The notes beneath the pieces are model-generated. The model made no database searches. It saw only the letters and a program-made list of their open reading frames with translations, and had not been told where the DNA came from. The position numbers and the translations under genes are program-made. Positions 16,913 through 24,592 of a stretch of 24,592 nt of DNA are shown piece by piece. Numbering within the stretch: the first letter of the stretch is position 1; each line of letters starts with the position of its first letter. Origin of the DNA: Archangium sp. (GTDB taxonomy: Bacteria; Myxococcota; Myxococcia; Myxococcales; Myxococcaceae); NCBI GenBank assembly GCA_031367385.1, contig JANLPS010000281.1, positions 1 through 24,592 of the forward strand, read 5' to 3'.

Positions 16913-19900
16913 TTAGCGCACTCTCTTCCACGACTTGATTCTAAACGGCGTGTTGTTCTCGCTCGCATCGATGCTGCCGGGGTGGTCGGGGGCTCCTGAC
17001 GAGGTGAAGACGACCTTGTTACCGACCGCCTGCAAGTCGCTCAAGATGCCCGGCTGCCCGACGCGAACGAAGCGCGCCCGGCCACCGAACGTCGCCGCCG
17101 TGCTGTCAATCGGGCTGCTCGAGGTGTCGACCAGGCAGTTCTGCGCCACGCCTGTCAACCGGTCGAAGCAATACAGCGTGCTGTAGCCCGCCGCGCCACA
17201 CAGGCTCGCCGCCACCGCCGGAGGCGTATAGACCGCCACGATGATGTTCTTGCCAATGATCGCGGGCTCGCTGAGCACCTTCTCACCCGTCGCCTGGTTG
17301 AGCACGTAGCCCCACCGCAGCTTGCTGGTGCAGTCGCTCGAGCTCCCCGTCTGGAGACTTTCGGTGTCTTCGACGGCCCAGAAGTAGTTGGTGGTGCCCA
17401 TGTCGAGCGCGTTGGTCGCGTCGCCGCTGCCCACATAGATCATCGTCGCCGAGGTGTTCTCGTCGAGACCGATCAACGGTCGGTTGTACAGCGACGGCAA
17501 CGTCAAGTCGGGCCAGGGGAGGCTCTGGGCGCCAGCCGCCATCGTCACGGTGGCTGCCGCGTGGTCGGGCAAGGTCTTGATCGGCGCCCGGCAACTCGCC
17601 TCGTCGCTCGCCCCGCTGTTGATGTCGTGCATCCGGAACGGGTTGAACAGCTTCTTCGGCCTCCAGTTATTAATGTGCTTGCTGCTCACGTCCATCGACC
17701 AGAGCACGCCGTTGGTGTCGCCGAAGTAGACCCGCGACGCGCGCGAGCCGTCGATCGGGCGCATCACGCGAGGTCGCGCGGGCACCTTGTTGCGCACGCT
17801 CACCAAGGCGTGGGCCGCGTTGTAGACCTGGTTGGCACCATCGACCTCCCACTTCGCTTGGTGATGGCCGCTGTCTTCGAGGGGCACTGCGTTCTTGCCA
17901 CTGCGTGACGCCGGGTCGGCATCGAGCACGTAGAAGTAGTCGGCGACATGAGGGTTGCTGGTGTCGTCGCTGAAGCCGCCGCCCATGAACACGCCCCACT
18001 TGTAGTAGTCGTCATCGACTCGAACGCGCGCGATCGTCGGAGCTGACCACGTCTCTCCCAAGTTGGTGTCGGCCGGCGCGGCCGGGTTCGAGTTGTAGTC
18101 CCACATCCAGCTGGGCGAAGTGATGTCGGTCACGTTGAGCGCATACATGAACGGGCCGCCGCGACCGGTGGTGCCGACGAGCATCGCCTTCCAGCCCGCT
18201 CCGGTTGAGTCTTCGCAGTCGCCTTTGCCGAAGCAGACCTCTGAGAGGCCGAACGAGCCGTCGGCCAACCAGGTGTGACCGCTCACGCGAGGCGACCCAA
18301 TCGAGGGCAGCAGCTGGTGGGGCACGAAGGCCCAGCGCTCTTCGCCACGCCAGGGCTGTACGTCGGTCACGTGGTCGCGAATGGCGTGTACGGTGCCGGT
18401 ATTCGACCCGACGAAGACCGTCGTCTCGCGCGTGACGGTTGCGGCTTTGTACGCAGCGTACGCCAAGGTGAATGCGCCTGAATTGAAGTGGGTGGTGGGG
18501 GCAGCCGGGTCAAGCGCCGGGCCGCGACCTCCGAGCTCGGTATACGGAGCCGGAGCGGTGTACGCCGACGAGAAGTACGGCGCATACATCGCGGTCGGTT
18601 GCGAGTGATAGATGTCAGAGACCCGTGAGACCTTGACCGAACCGTCGTTGTAGGTCGCATCATCGGGCGAGGCGCGGTCGTTGCGAACGAACTTGATGAT
18701 CTCGTTCGCGGCATCGCGATTGACGCCGCAGGCGCCCAGCGTCGTGATGTCTTCGACGAGGTCTTGCGAGGTGCCGCTACACGAGCTGGCGACGTCGAAG
18801 TCGACCAGACTCGTCGAGCCGTGCGTGCGGGTATACAGCTTGCGCGGCAAGGTCGAGGCGGTCGGGCTGACCGGGCTGGTCTGCGTGTGCAGCTTCGAAT
18901 CGAACTTCCACTCGGGGAAGAGCGCCACGCCGGTCGAGCTGACCGCGTAGGCGTCGAGATAACCGGCGTACTCCAGAGGGCCAGCACCACCAGTGGCGTG
19001 AGCGAAATATGCCGCGTAGAGGCGCTTCGCATCGCTGGTCACCGTCGGCTTCGAGCGCGTGTAGAAACCGCTGAGCTGAGCTCCGACGATCTGATTGAGC
19101 GCCCGCAGCAAGCTCGGGTAGTCGCTGGCGTTGTACGCATGGCCCGCAACGTTGTCGCTGTTGCCCGCCGCGTCGACCGCGGTGCCGACCGCGCGCGTGA
19201 AGGTGTCAAGCGTTGACGACTGAATGCCGAAGCCGACGACGTACACGTTGACGCCGGCGGCGTTGGCCGCTGCCGCCTGGGCCGCGAGACCGCCTGCCAC
19301 GACCGGGTCTTCATTGCCGTCGGTGACGAGCAGAATCGAATATCGCCGGCAGCTGCCAGAGGGGTCAGCGAGCTTGGTCTGACGCAAGAACTCGAGCGCG
19401 TTCTTCAGCGCGCCAGTCAGCGGAGTGATGTTGCCCAGCTCGGGCATTCGCAGGCCAACTGCGTCGCCGCCGGCTCCGAACTTCTGAAACAACTTGAGCA
19501 GATCGACCTTCGGCGTGCCGAAGTCGGCGAACGAGATCGCCGCGGTGGGCGGGTAGATGTCCGAGACGCTCAGGCCGCGGTCTTTCATGCCATGCAACGC
19601 AGGCGAGAAGGTGTCGAGGTGCGAAGAGTTGATCGGCGCTCCGCCCCAATACGGCGCGGTGAAGTTATTGCCCGTGACGCTCTCGTTGTAGAGGTCGGCG
19701 ATCAGGCGCGGCGCGTCGGTGGTCTGCGGCGTCGCCGGGTGCAGGCTCGGGTTGGTGTAACACCAGTCAGACCAGTTCGGGGCGTAGTCGAGGTTGTTGG
19801 CGGGGTCGACCGCGAACTGTGAGGCCGGGTCACCGACGGCGCACCCAACGCCCGGCTGCATCGCCGGGTTCACCTTGGGGTGGGCCCAGGTGCTCTGTGT

Positions 19901-22486
19901 GAACTGATTGAAGCGCCGGTTGCCTGCCGAGCCCCAGCGGAGCTTGCAGAACTTCGCGTCAGCCGGGCAACCGCTCGTGCCGGCGGCGATTTGCGCGGCG
20001 CACTTGACCGGGTCAGGAGCCGAACCGAAGCCCCCGACGCTGGTGAACGACGGGTTGAGCGCAGAAATCGGTCGGGTGGTCGAACAATACTGGTCGCTCG
20101 GCGTCGAGCTTGCCGCATAGGTGGGCGCCGCGAGCACGGTGCCGGCAAAGTCATCGTTGAGATACGGCCAGGTATAGACGAACGACTTCTTGGTGTAGTT
20201 GTAGACGAAGCGTCGATACTCGCAGCGCGCTTCGAGGTTGTACCAATTGTAGATTTCTCGCGAGTACTGGCAATAGTCGGTGGCGATCGCCGGCACGGTG
20301 CTGACGTATTGGGCCTTCAGGCGTTCGATTTTGCAGGTCACCAACTGACCGTCGGTCGAGGGCACTCCGCGAATCGGGCCAGTGGCGAAGTCGCTGAGCG
20401 GCGAGGCGCCGCGAATCGCGCAACGACCGGGAAACGAGGCATCGGTCGCCCCGCACCCCAGGCCAGTCACCGACGTGAGCAGGCCGGTGCCCGGAGTCGG
20501 AAAGGTGTTGCTCGTCCACGTGTCGTCGGTGCCGTCGTAGCAGTGCGCCGACCCCGACGCGACCGCCGCCAGGTCGAGCGTGTAATAAAAGGGCTCCCAC
20601 ACATCGGCCGAGGCGTTGCGCGCGTAGCTGCCGATGGTCAGGTTGGCGTTGAACGCATTTCGGGTGGCGTTGCACAGCGTTGGGTCGGCCGTCGGCGTGT
20701 AGCCGAAGGTACAAGAATACGACGTCGTCGGCACATCGGTCGAGCCCACCCGGGTCAAGTCACATTGGTTGTCGCCTGGGCCGCACGATGGCCAGAAGCC
20801 CATGGTGCCCGTGTATGCCACCGTCGCCGGGCACACCGAGCCGCCCACTTCGCTCACAGGCAGCCAGGCCGCGCCATCGGTTCGGTGATTGACGAAGTTG
20901 CGAATGAGGCCGCGAACGAGCTGCGGGGGCGCGCCGAGGTCTCTCCAGACGGTCGTCTGCTGAATCGGGAAATCGAGCGAGTTGTGCTGGTTGAAAAACG
21001 TGCAGCGGTTGCCTGCGGTGCAGTCACCCGGGTAGGTCGCGCTGGCAGGCGGTGGCGTGCTTGGTACGTCGGCGAATGTGTCGGGAGCGGTCAGGCAGCT
21101 GCCCCCGACATCGGCGGCCCTCACCAGCAACGGGTGGGTCACGTCCCAGTAGCTGTCGGCGCTCGACCAGAACCGCGGCGGCACCTCGAGGGTCTTGTCG
21201 GGCGGGGTTGAACCACCCCAGCTCCAGCTGCCAGGCCCACCGGTCGGTATCTCGGTGCGGTGGGTGACATCTTCATGCTGAAAGGCAGCTGGCCCGGCGA
21301 CCACGCTGGTGAAGCTCTTGTCACATGAATGGGCCCCCGTTTGCGGCAGACACCCGGCAGGGTAGGCATTGTGGGCGTCGGTGACGCCGCTCATCGCCTC
21401 AGGGTGGCAGGCAAACGTCGCGTGGGCGCCGGCCGCCGCAGGCGTGCCGACCGGGCCGAACTCGGTGTCAGACTTGATCCACAGCAGGTTGGCATTGGTG
21501 TTGGTCGTCGTTTTGGCGATCACGTCGTACGCGCAGTCGGTGGCGTAGTTGCTGGTGATGGCGGGGTGAACCTGCGACCACATCGTCTGAAAGTAGCCAC
21601 CGGCCGCCATGTCGAGCGTGTTGGCGGCGTTGTCTGAAATGATGCGGTGCAACGCCTTTTTGGCGATGCAGAACTTCGAGCCGCTGCCCGGAGGGCACGG
21701 GTCGGTCGAGCAGCGAAACTTCACCAGGGCATATTTGCCCGGCCCGGTGCCGAAGCAGGGGTCGCCCGCGAGGCTGTCGTCTGCGAGAAAGGTGCAGCTC
21801 TCTTGACCCACGCACAGGCTCTGCACTTTGGGTTTGATGTCGAGCCACCCGCGGTAGGCTGAGACGCCCGCGCGCGACTGCTGCGTGCTGCCGCTGTTGT
21901 TGCAATGCCCTGTACCGTCGAGCGCCAGGTTGTCGGTCATCGCGTTGATGTTGGCCATCGCGCAGGGCGAGCCCGTCGGGTCGAAGGTCGCGGAGGCCGG
22001 CGTCTGGGCCACGCCACTCACGTTGTTGACGCGCTTGCCGTAGGCGGCCCAATCAATCGCGGTGATGTGCTGCCCCGCGGGGCAGGTGAGGGTCAGAGGC
22101 TGGCCCTGAAAAGCGCCCGTGTCCTGGGGGGGGATACCGGGCACGGCCGACCACCCCGCGCTGTTCGGGTAACGCACCGTATCGGGGTCTTCACCGCAGA
22201 TCGGCGCCGAATCAACCGAGTCAGCCTCACCGTCGTAGTCTTGAAGCGGCAGGTTTTGGGTCATGTCGGGCGTCGAAGACATCGACTTCGACGTGTCCAT
22301 GATGATCAGCATGCGCGGCGGAGCGGTGGCGCCTCCGAACCCGGGTACGTCATACCCGGGTAGCGGAGCGGCCGCTTCGGCCTCAGACCGCAGCTCGACC
22401 GGCAGGCGCAAAAAGGCGGGGTTGGCAAGTGCGTTGACGAGCATCGCCACGACCAGCACTTTGAGACCACCGAGAAACGAACGCAT
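16913..22486 (-). CDS. pilY1: PilY1/PilC-family type IV pilus tip adhesin (~1857 aa): split vWA + SUEL-type lectin + Cys-rich insert + C-terminal beta-propeller
   Basis: RBS AGGAG before ATG 22486; signal peptide; MIDAS DTSKS; vWA remainder TPLTGAL...ILLVTDG...VYVVGFG; propeller motifs SDIYHSQP, VFVGSNTGTVHA, GEERWAFVP, LGETWSAPTIARV and YFGDTNGVLW; adjacent to four minor pilins. Confidence 0.92.
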   Translation of the reverse strand: MRSFLGGLKVLVVAMLVNALANPAFLRLPVELRSEAEAAAPLPGYDVPGFGGATAPPRMLIIMDTSKSMSSTPDMTQNLPLQDYDGEADSVDSAPICGEDPDTVRYPNSAGWSAVPGIPPQDTGAFQGQPLTLTCPAGQHITAIDWAAYGKRVNNVSGVAQTPASATFDPTGSPCAMANINAMTDNLALDGTGHCNNSGSTQQSRAGVSAYRGWLDIKPKVQSLCVGQESCTFLADDSLAGDPCFGTGPGKYALVKFRCSTDPCPPGSGSKFCIAKKALHRIISDNAANTLDMAAGGYFQTMWSQVHPAITSNYATDCAYDVIAKTTTNTNANLLWIKSDTEFGPVGTPAAAGAHATFACHPEAMSGVTDAHNAYPAGCLPQTGAHSCDKSFTSVVAGPAAFQHEDVTHRTEIPTGGPGSWSWGGSTPPDKTLEVPPRFWSSADSYWDVTHPLLVRAADVGGSCLTAPDTFADVPSTPPPASATYPGDCTAGNRCTFFNQHNSLDFPIQQTTVWRDLGAPPQLVRGLIRNFVNHRTDGAAWLPVSEVGGSVCPATVAYTGTMGFWPSCGPGDNQCDLTRVGSTDVPTTSYSCTFGYTPTADPTLCNATRNAFNANLTIGSYARNASADVWEPFYYTLDLAAVASGSAHCYDGTDDTWTSNTFPTPGTGLLTSVTGLGCGATDASFPGRCAIRGASPLSDFATGPIRGVPSTDGQLVTCKIERLKAQYVSTVPAIATDYCQYSREIYNWYNLEARCEYRRFVYNYTKKSFVYTWPYLNDDFAGTVLAAPTYAASSTPSDQYCSTTRPISALNPSFTSVGGFGSAPDPVKCAAQIAAGTSGCPADAKFCKLRWGSAGNRRFNQFTQSTWAHPKVNPAMQPGVGCAVGDPASQFAVDPANNLDYAPNWSDWCYTNPSLHPATPQTTDAPRLIADLYNESVTGNNFTAPYWGGAPINSSHLDTFSPALHGMKDRGLSVSDIYPPTAAISFADFGTPKVDLLKLFQKFGAGGDAVGLRMPELGNITPLTGALKNALEFLRQTKLADPSGSCRRYSILLVTDGNEDPVVAGGLAAQAAAANAAGVNVYVVGFGIQSSTLDTFTRAVGTAVDAAGNSDNVAGHAYNASDYPSLLRALNQIVGAQLSGFYTRSKPTVTSDAKRLYAAYFAHATGGAGPLEYAGYLDAYAVSSTGVALFPEWKFDSKLHTQTSPVSPTASTLPRKLYTRTHGSTSLVDFDVASSCSGTSQDLVEDITTLGACGVNRDAANEIIKFVRNDRASPDDATYNDGSVKVSRVSDIYHSQPTAMYAPYFSSAYTAPAPYTELGGRGPALDPAAPTTHFNSGAFTLAYAAYKAATVTRETTVFVGSNTGTVHAIRDHVTDVQPWRGEERWAFVPHQLLPSIGSPRVSGHTWLADGSFGLSEVCFGKGDCEDSTGAGWKAMLVGTTGRGGPFMYALNVTDITSPSWMWDYNSNPAAPADTNLGETWSAPTIARVRVDDDYYKWGVFMGGGFSDDTSNPHVADYFYVLDADPASRSGKNAVPLEDSGHHQAKWEVDGANQVYNAAHALVSVRNKVPARPRVMRPIDGSRASRVYFGDTNGVLWSMDVSSKHINNWRPKKLFNPFRMHDINSGASDEASCRAPIKTLPDHAAATVTMAAGAQSLPWPDLTLPSLYNRPLIGLDENTSATMIYVGSGDATNALDMGTTNYFWAVEDTESLQTGSSSDCTSKLRWGYVLNQATGEKVLSEPAIIGKNIIVAVYTPPAVAASLCGAAGYSTLYCFDRLTGVAQNCLVDTSSSPIDSTAATFGGRARFVRVGQPGILSDLQAVGNKVVFTSSGAPDHPGSIDASENNTPFRIKSWKRVR

Positions 22487-22520
22487 GGCGCACTCCTGAC
22501 CGAGACCTGGGCGGCGCCTG

Positions 22521-22537
22521 AGCACATCTCGTGCCTA
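22521..22537 (-). promoter_or_regulatory. Sigma54 (RpoN) -24/-12 promoter for the pilY1 operon
   Basis: Minus strand TAGGCACGAGATGTGCT = GG-N10-GC, close to the TGGCACG-N4-TTGCW consensus; predicted TSS ~22510, ~24 nt before the ATG and upstream of the RBS. Confidence 0.65.
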
Positions 22538-22698
22538 AAGCCCCTATGGGAGAAACCCACCTACTCGGTGCATCAGCAGTCCACCTTTCGGCAATTATTG
22601 CGGAGTACCGTACCTTTGGTGCGTGGTGAGCACTACAGTGCACAGCAGGTACTTCTCGTAGACACTTGACACTCGCCCGTGCTTACCGTGCTCCCCTC

Positions 22699-24003
22699 AT
22701 GCGCCCGTACGAAGTGATCAAGGCCAAGCGCGACGGGCAGGTGCTCTCGCCCGAAGACATTCGCGCGTTCATCGACGGCTTCACCCGCGGCACCGTGGCC
22801 GACTACCAGATGTCGGCGCTGTGCATGGCGGTCTTCTTCAAGGGGCTCAACCCTGCCGAGCTCGGGGCGTGGGCGCGCGCGATGCTCGAGAGCGGCGAGG
22901 TGCTCAACCTCGAAGACACGCCCGGGCGCAAGGTCGACAAGCACTCCACCGGCGGCGTCGGCGACAAGGTCTCGCTGTCGCTGGCGCCCCTCGCGGCGGC
23001 CTGCGGCGTGCCGGTGCCGATGATCTCTGGGCGAGGGCTTGGCCACACCGGCGGCACGCTCGACAAGCTCGAATCGATACCGGGGTTTCGGGTTGATCTC
23101 TCGGTCGCCGATTACCGGCGGCTGGTGCGCGAGGTGGGCGCGTGCCTCATCGGCCAGACCGCGACCCTCGCGCCAGCTGACAAGAAGCTGTACGCGCTGC
23201 GAGACGTCACGGCGACGGTCGACTGCATACCGCTGATCGCCTCGAGCATCATGTCGAAAAAGATGGCCGAGGGCATCGACGCCCTGGTGCTCGATGTGAA
23301 GGTCGGCAGCGGCGCCTTCATGAAGACCCAAGCCGACGCGCGAACGCTGGCGCAAACGATGATCACCATCGGCCGCGAAATGGGCAAGCAGGTCATCGCC
23401 TTGCTCACCGAGATGGATCAGCCGCTCGGGCGCACCATCGGCAACTCGCTCGAGGTGATCGAAGCCGTGCAGATGCTGCGCAACGAGGCGCCCGCCGACT
23501 ACACCGAGGTGACGCTCGCGCTGACCGCCGAAATGCTGGTGCTGGGAGCGGTCGCCAAGACGCCGGGCGAGGCCAGAGAACAGCTTCGGCGGGTGATCGC
23601 AGACGGCTCGGCCGAGAAGAAGCTGTGCGAGATCGTTCGCGCCCAAGGCGGCGACCCGGCGGCGATCACCGACCTGAGCCGCTTGCCCACGGCGAAGCAG
23701 ACGACCCAGGTGACCGCGGCGCAGAGCGGGTACGTCACCGCGATCAACTCCGAGGCGATGGGGTTGGCGGCGATGTCGTTGGGTGCGGGGCGAGAGAAGA
23801 CGACCGACCTCATCGACCCAGCGGTGGGCTTCGTGCTCGAGAAGAAGGTCGGAGACCCGGTGGTCAAGGGCGAGCCGCTGGTCACCATTCACTTCAATGC
23901 CGAGGCGAAGCTCGAAGACGTGAAGCGGCGAGTGAGCGCGGCGTACAGCGTTGGTGCGACGGCTCCGGCGGCACGGCCGCTGATCATCGAGCGGCTGACC
24001 TAG
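22699..24003 (+). CDS. deoA: Thymidine phosphorylase / pyrimidine-nucleoside phosphorylase
   Basis: IKAKRDG, DYQMSA, VDKHSTGGVGDK, MISGRGLGHTGGTLDKLESIPG, YALRDVTATV, SIMSKK and DVKVGSGAFMK. Start placed at ATG 22699. Confidence 0.95.
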   Translation: MRPYEVIKAKRDGQVLSPEDIRAFIDGFTRGTVADYQMSALCMAVFFKGLNPAELGAWARAMLESGEVLNLEDTPGRKVDKHSTGGVGDKVSLSLAPLAAACGVPVPMISGRGLGHTGGTLDKLESIPGFRVDLSVADYRRLVREVGACLIGQTATLAPADKKLYALRDVTATVDCIPLIASSIMSKKMAEGIDALVLDVKVGSGAFMKTQADARTLAQTMITIGREMGKQVIALLTEMDQPLGRTIGNSLEVIEAVQMLRNEAPADYTEVTLALTAEMLVLGAVAKTPGEAREQLRRVIADGSAEKKLCEIVRAQGGDPAAITDLSRLPTAKQTTQVTAAQSGYVTAINSEAMGLAAMSLGAGREKTTDLIDPAVGFVLEKKVGDPVVKGEPLVTIHFNAEAKLEDVKRRVSAAYSVGATAPAARPLIIERLT

Positions 24004-24018
24004 CGCGCCTCCGGCAGC

Positions 24019-24592
24019 CTACTTGAGCTCGCCAGCGCGCTTCTCGAGCGTCGCGGCCTTGCTCTTGAGCTCGTCGACCAAGCGCTTCAATTTGAGCCGC
24101 TGCGCATCGAGGCTGGCGACGTCATCGGCGTCGCGCATCGTGTCGCTCAGCCCGCTGCCGATTTGCGGCCGCGCATCTACGGCAGTGGTGACCCGAATCG
24201 CCGAGTTGTCGACTCCGCCGAAGGCGTCTGACTGCGCGGCGGGCGAGGTGCCCCCCGCACCCGCTGAACCCGCGGTCGGTACCGCCTCGCTCGCACTCCT
24301 GCCCGTCGCCGACGACGTCGTGCCTGCTTCGAGCGTGGTCACGGTGCGCTGCATGCGCAGCCGGCGGTCTTGATCATCGAACATCGACTCCTCGCCCAAG
24401 AAGCGCTGCACCCGCCGATCGAGGTCTTGTTCGTCGCGGCGCTCTGCCAGACGGGTCTCGACCGACTTGAGCTCTTTGGCGAGCTTTTCTTCGTTGTCGC
24501 GCAACAGCTCGGCCTGCTCGAGCAACTCTTCGGGGTCGTCTGACGGCTTGAGCGTGTCGAGCGAGGGTACCACCGTCACCGGCAGCGCCGCG
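24019..24592 (-). CDS. Hypothetical coiled-coil protein (5' end outside the window)
   Basis: Frame open to the right edge; heptad-rich segments (DDPEELLEQAELLRDNEEKLAKELKSVETRL; LDAQRLKLKRLVDELKSKAATLEKRA) separated by a low-complexity linker. Confidence 0.7.
   Translation of the reverse strand, partial: AALPVTVVPSLDTLKPSDDPEELLEQAELLRDNEEKLAKELKSVETRLAERRDEQDLDRRVQRFLGEESMFDDQDRRLRMQRTVTTLEAGTTSSATGRSASEAVPTAGSAGAGGTSPAAQSDAFGGVDNSAIRVTTAVDARPQIGSGLSDTMRDADDVASLDAQRLKLKRLVDELKSKAATLEKRAGELK

Noticed and set aside
19880..21211. 443-aa plus-strand ORF inside pilY1 (likewise 22633..23892 opposite deoA and 10587..11438 opposite the phosphoesterase)
   Set aside because: Antisense shadow ORFs of well-supported genes.
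22666..22698. TTG start extending deoA, and TTGACA as its -35
   Set aside because: Homology begins at MRPYEVIKAKRDG (22699); the TTGACA is only 12 nt from the best -10 candidate.
1..24592. CRISPR arrays, tRNA/rRNA, IS/integrase/prophage or anti-phage defence genes
   Set aside because: No spaced direct repeats, RNA-gene structure, transposase/recombinase motifs or defence domains were seen. The metallophosphoesterase and QueF are in housekeeping context with no dpd/Qat-type partners.

Overview
A GC-rich bacterial chromosomal segment, most consistent with a Myxococcales (Myxococcota) genome; this is inferred from gene content and protein style. It holds about 22 real genes and no rRNA, tRNA, CRISPR array or mobile element. 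In order: a truncated mdtB-mdtA RND efflux pair; a divergent Met-rich exported NTF2-like protein with its own terminator; a Cys-rich hypothetical protein; a stand-alone receiver protein; alkA coupled to an APC amino-acid permease; an operon of a cysteine-free Fur-family regulator (Irr/PerR-like), ahpC, ahpD and a sphingomyelin-synthase-like PAP2 enzyme; a metallophosphoesterase; head-to-head queF and sua5/tsaC; a BMP nucleoside-binding lipoprotein; a type IV pilus priming cassette (pilY1-fimU-pilV-pilW-pilX) behind a sigma54-type promoter; thymidine/pyrimidine-nucleoside phosphorylase; and a truncated coiled-coil protein. The most unusual element is the ~1857-aa PilY1. Its vWA domain is split by a SUEL-type (rhamnose/galactose-binding) lectin domain and by a ~700-aa Cys-patterned insert that looks like nested modules. 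Also notable are tandem ICE-like boxes on the promoter of the Irr-like regulator, a terminator between ahpC and ahpD, and a lipid phosphotransferase translationally coupled to the peroxide-defence operon. All calls come from motif recognition by eye; no database searches were run.
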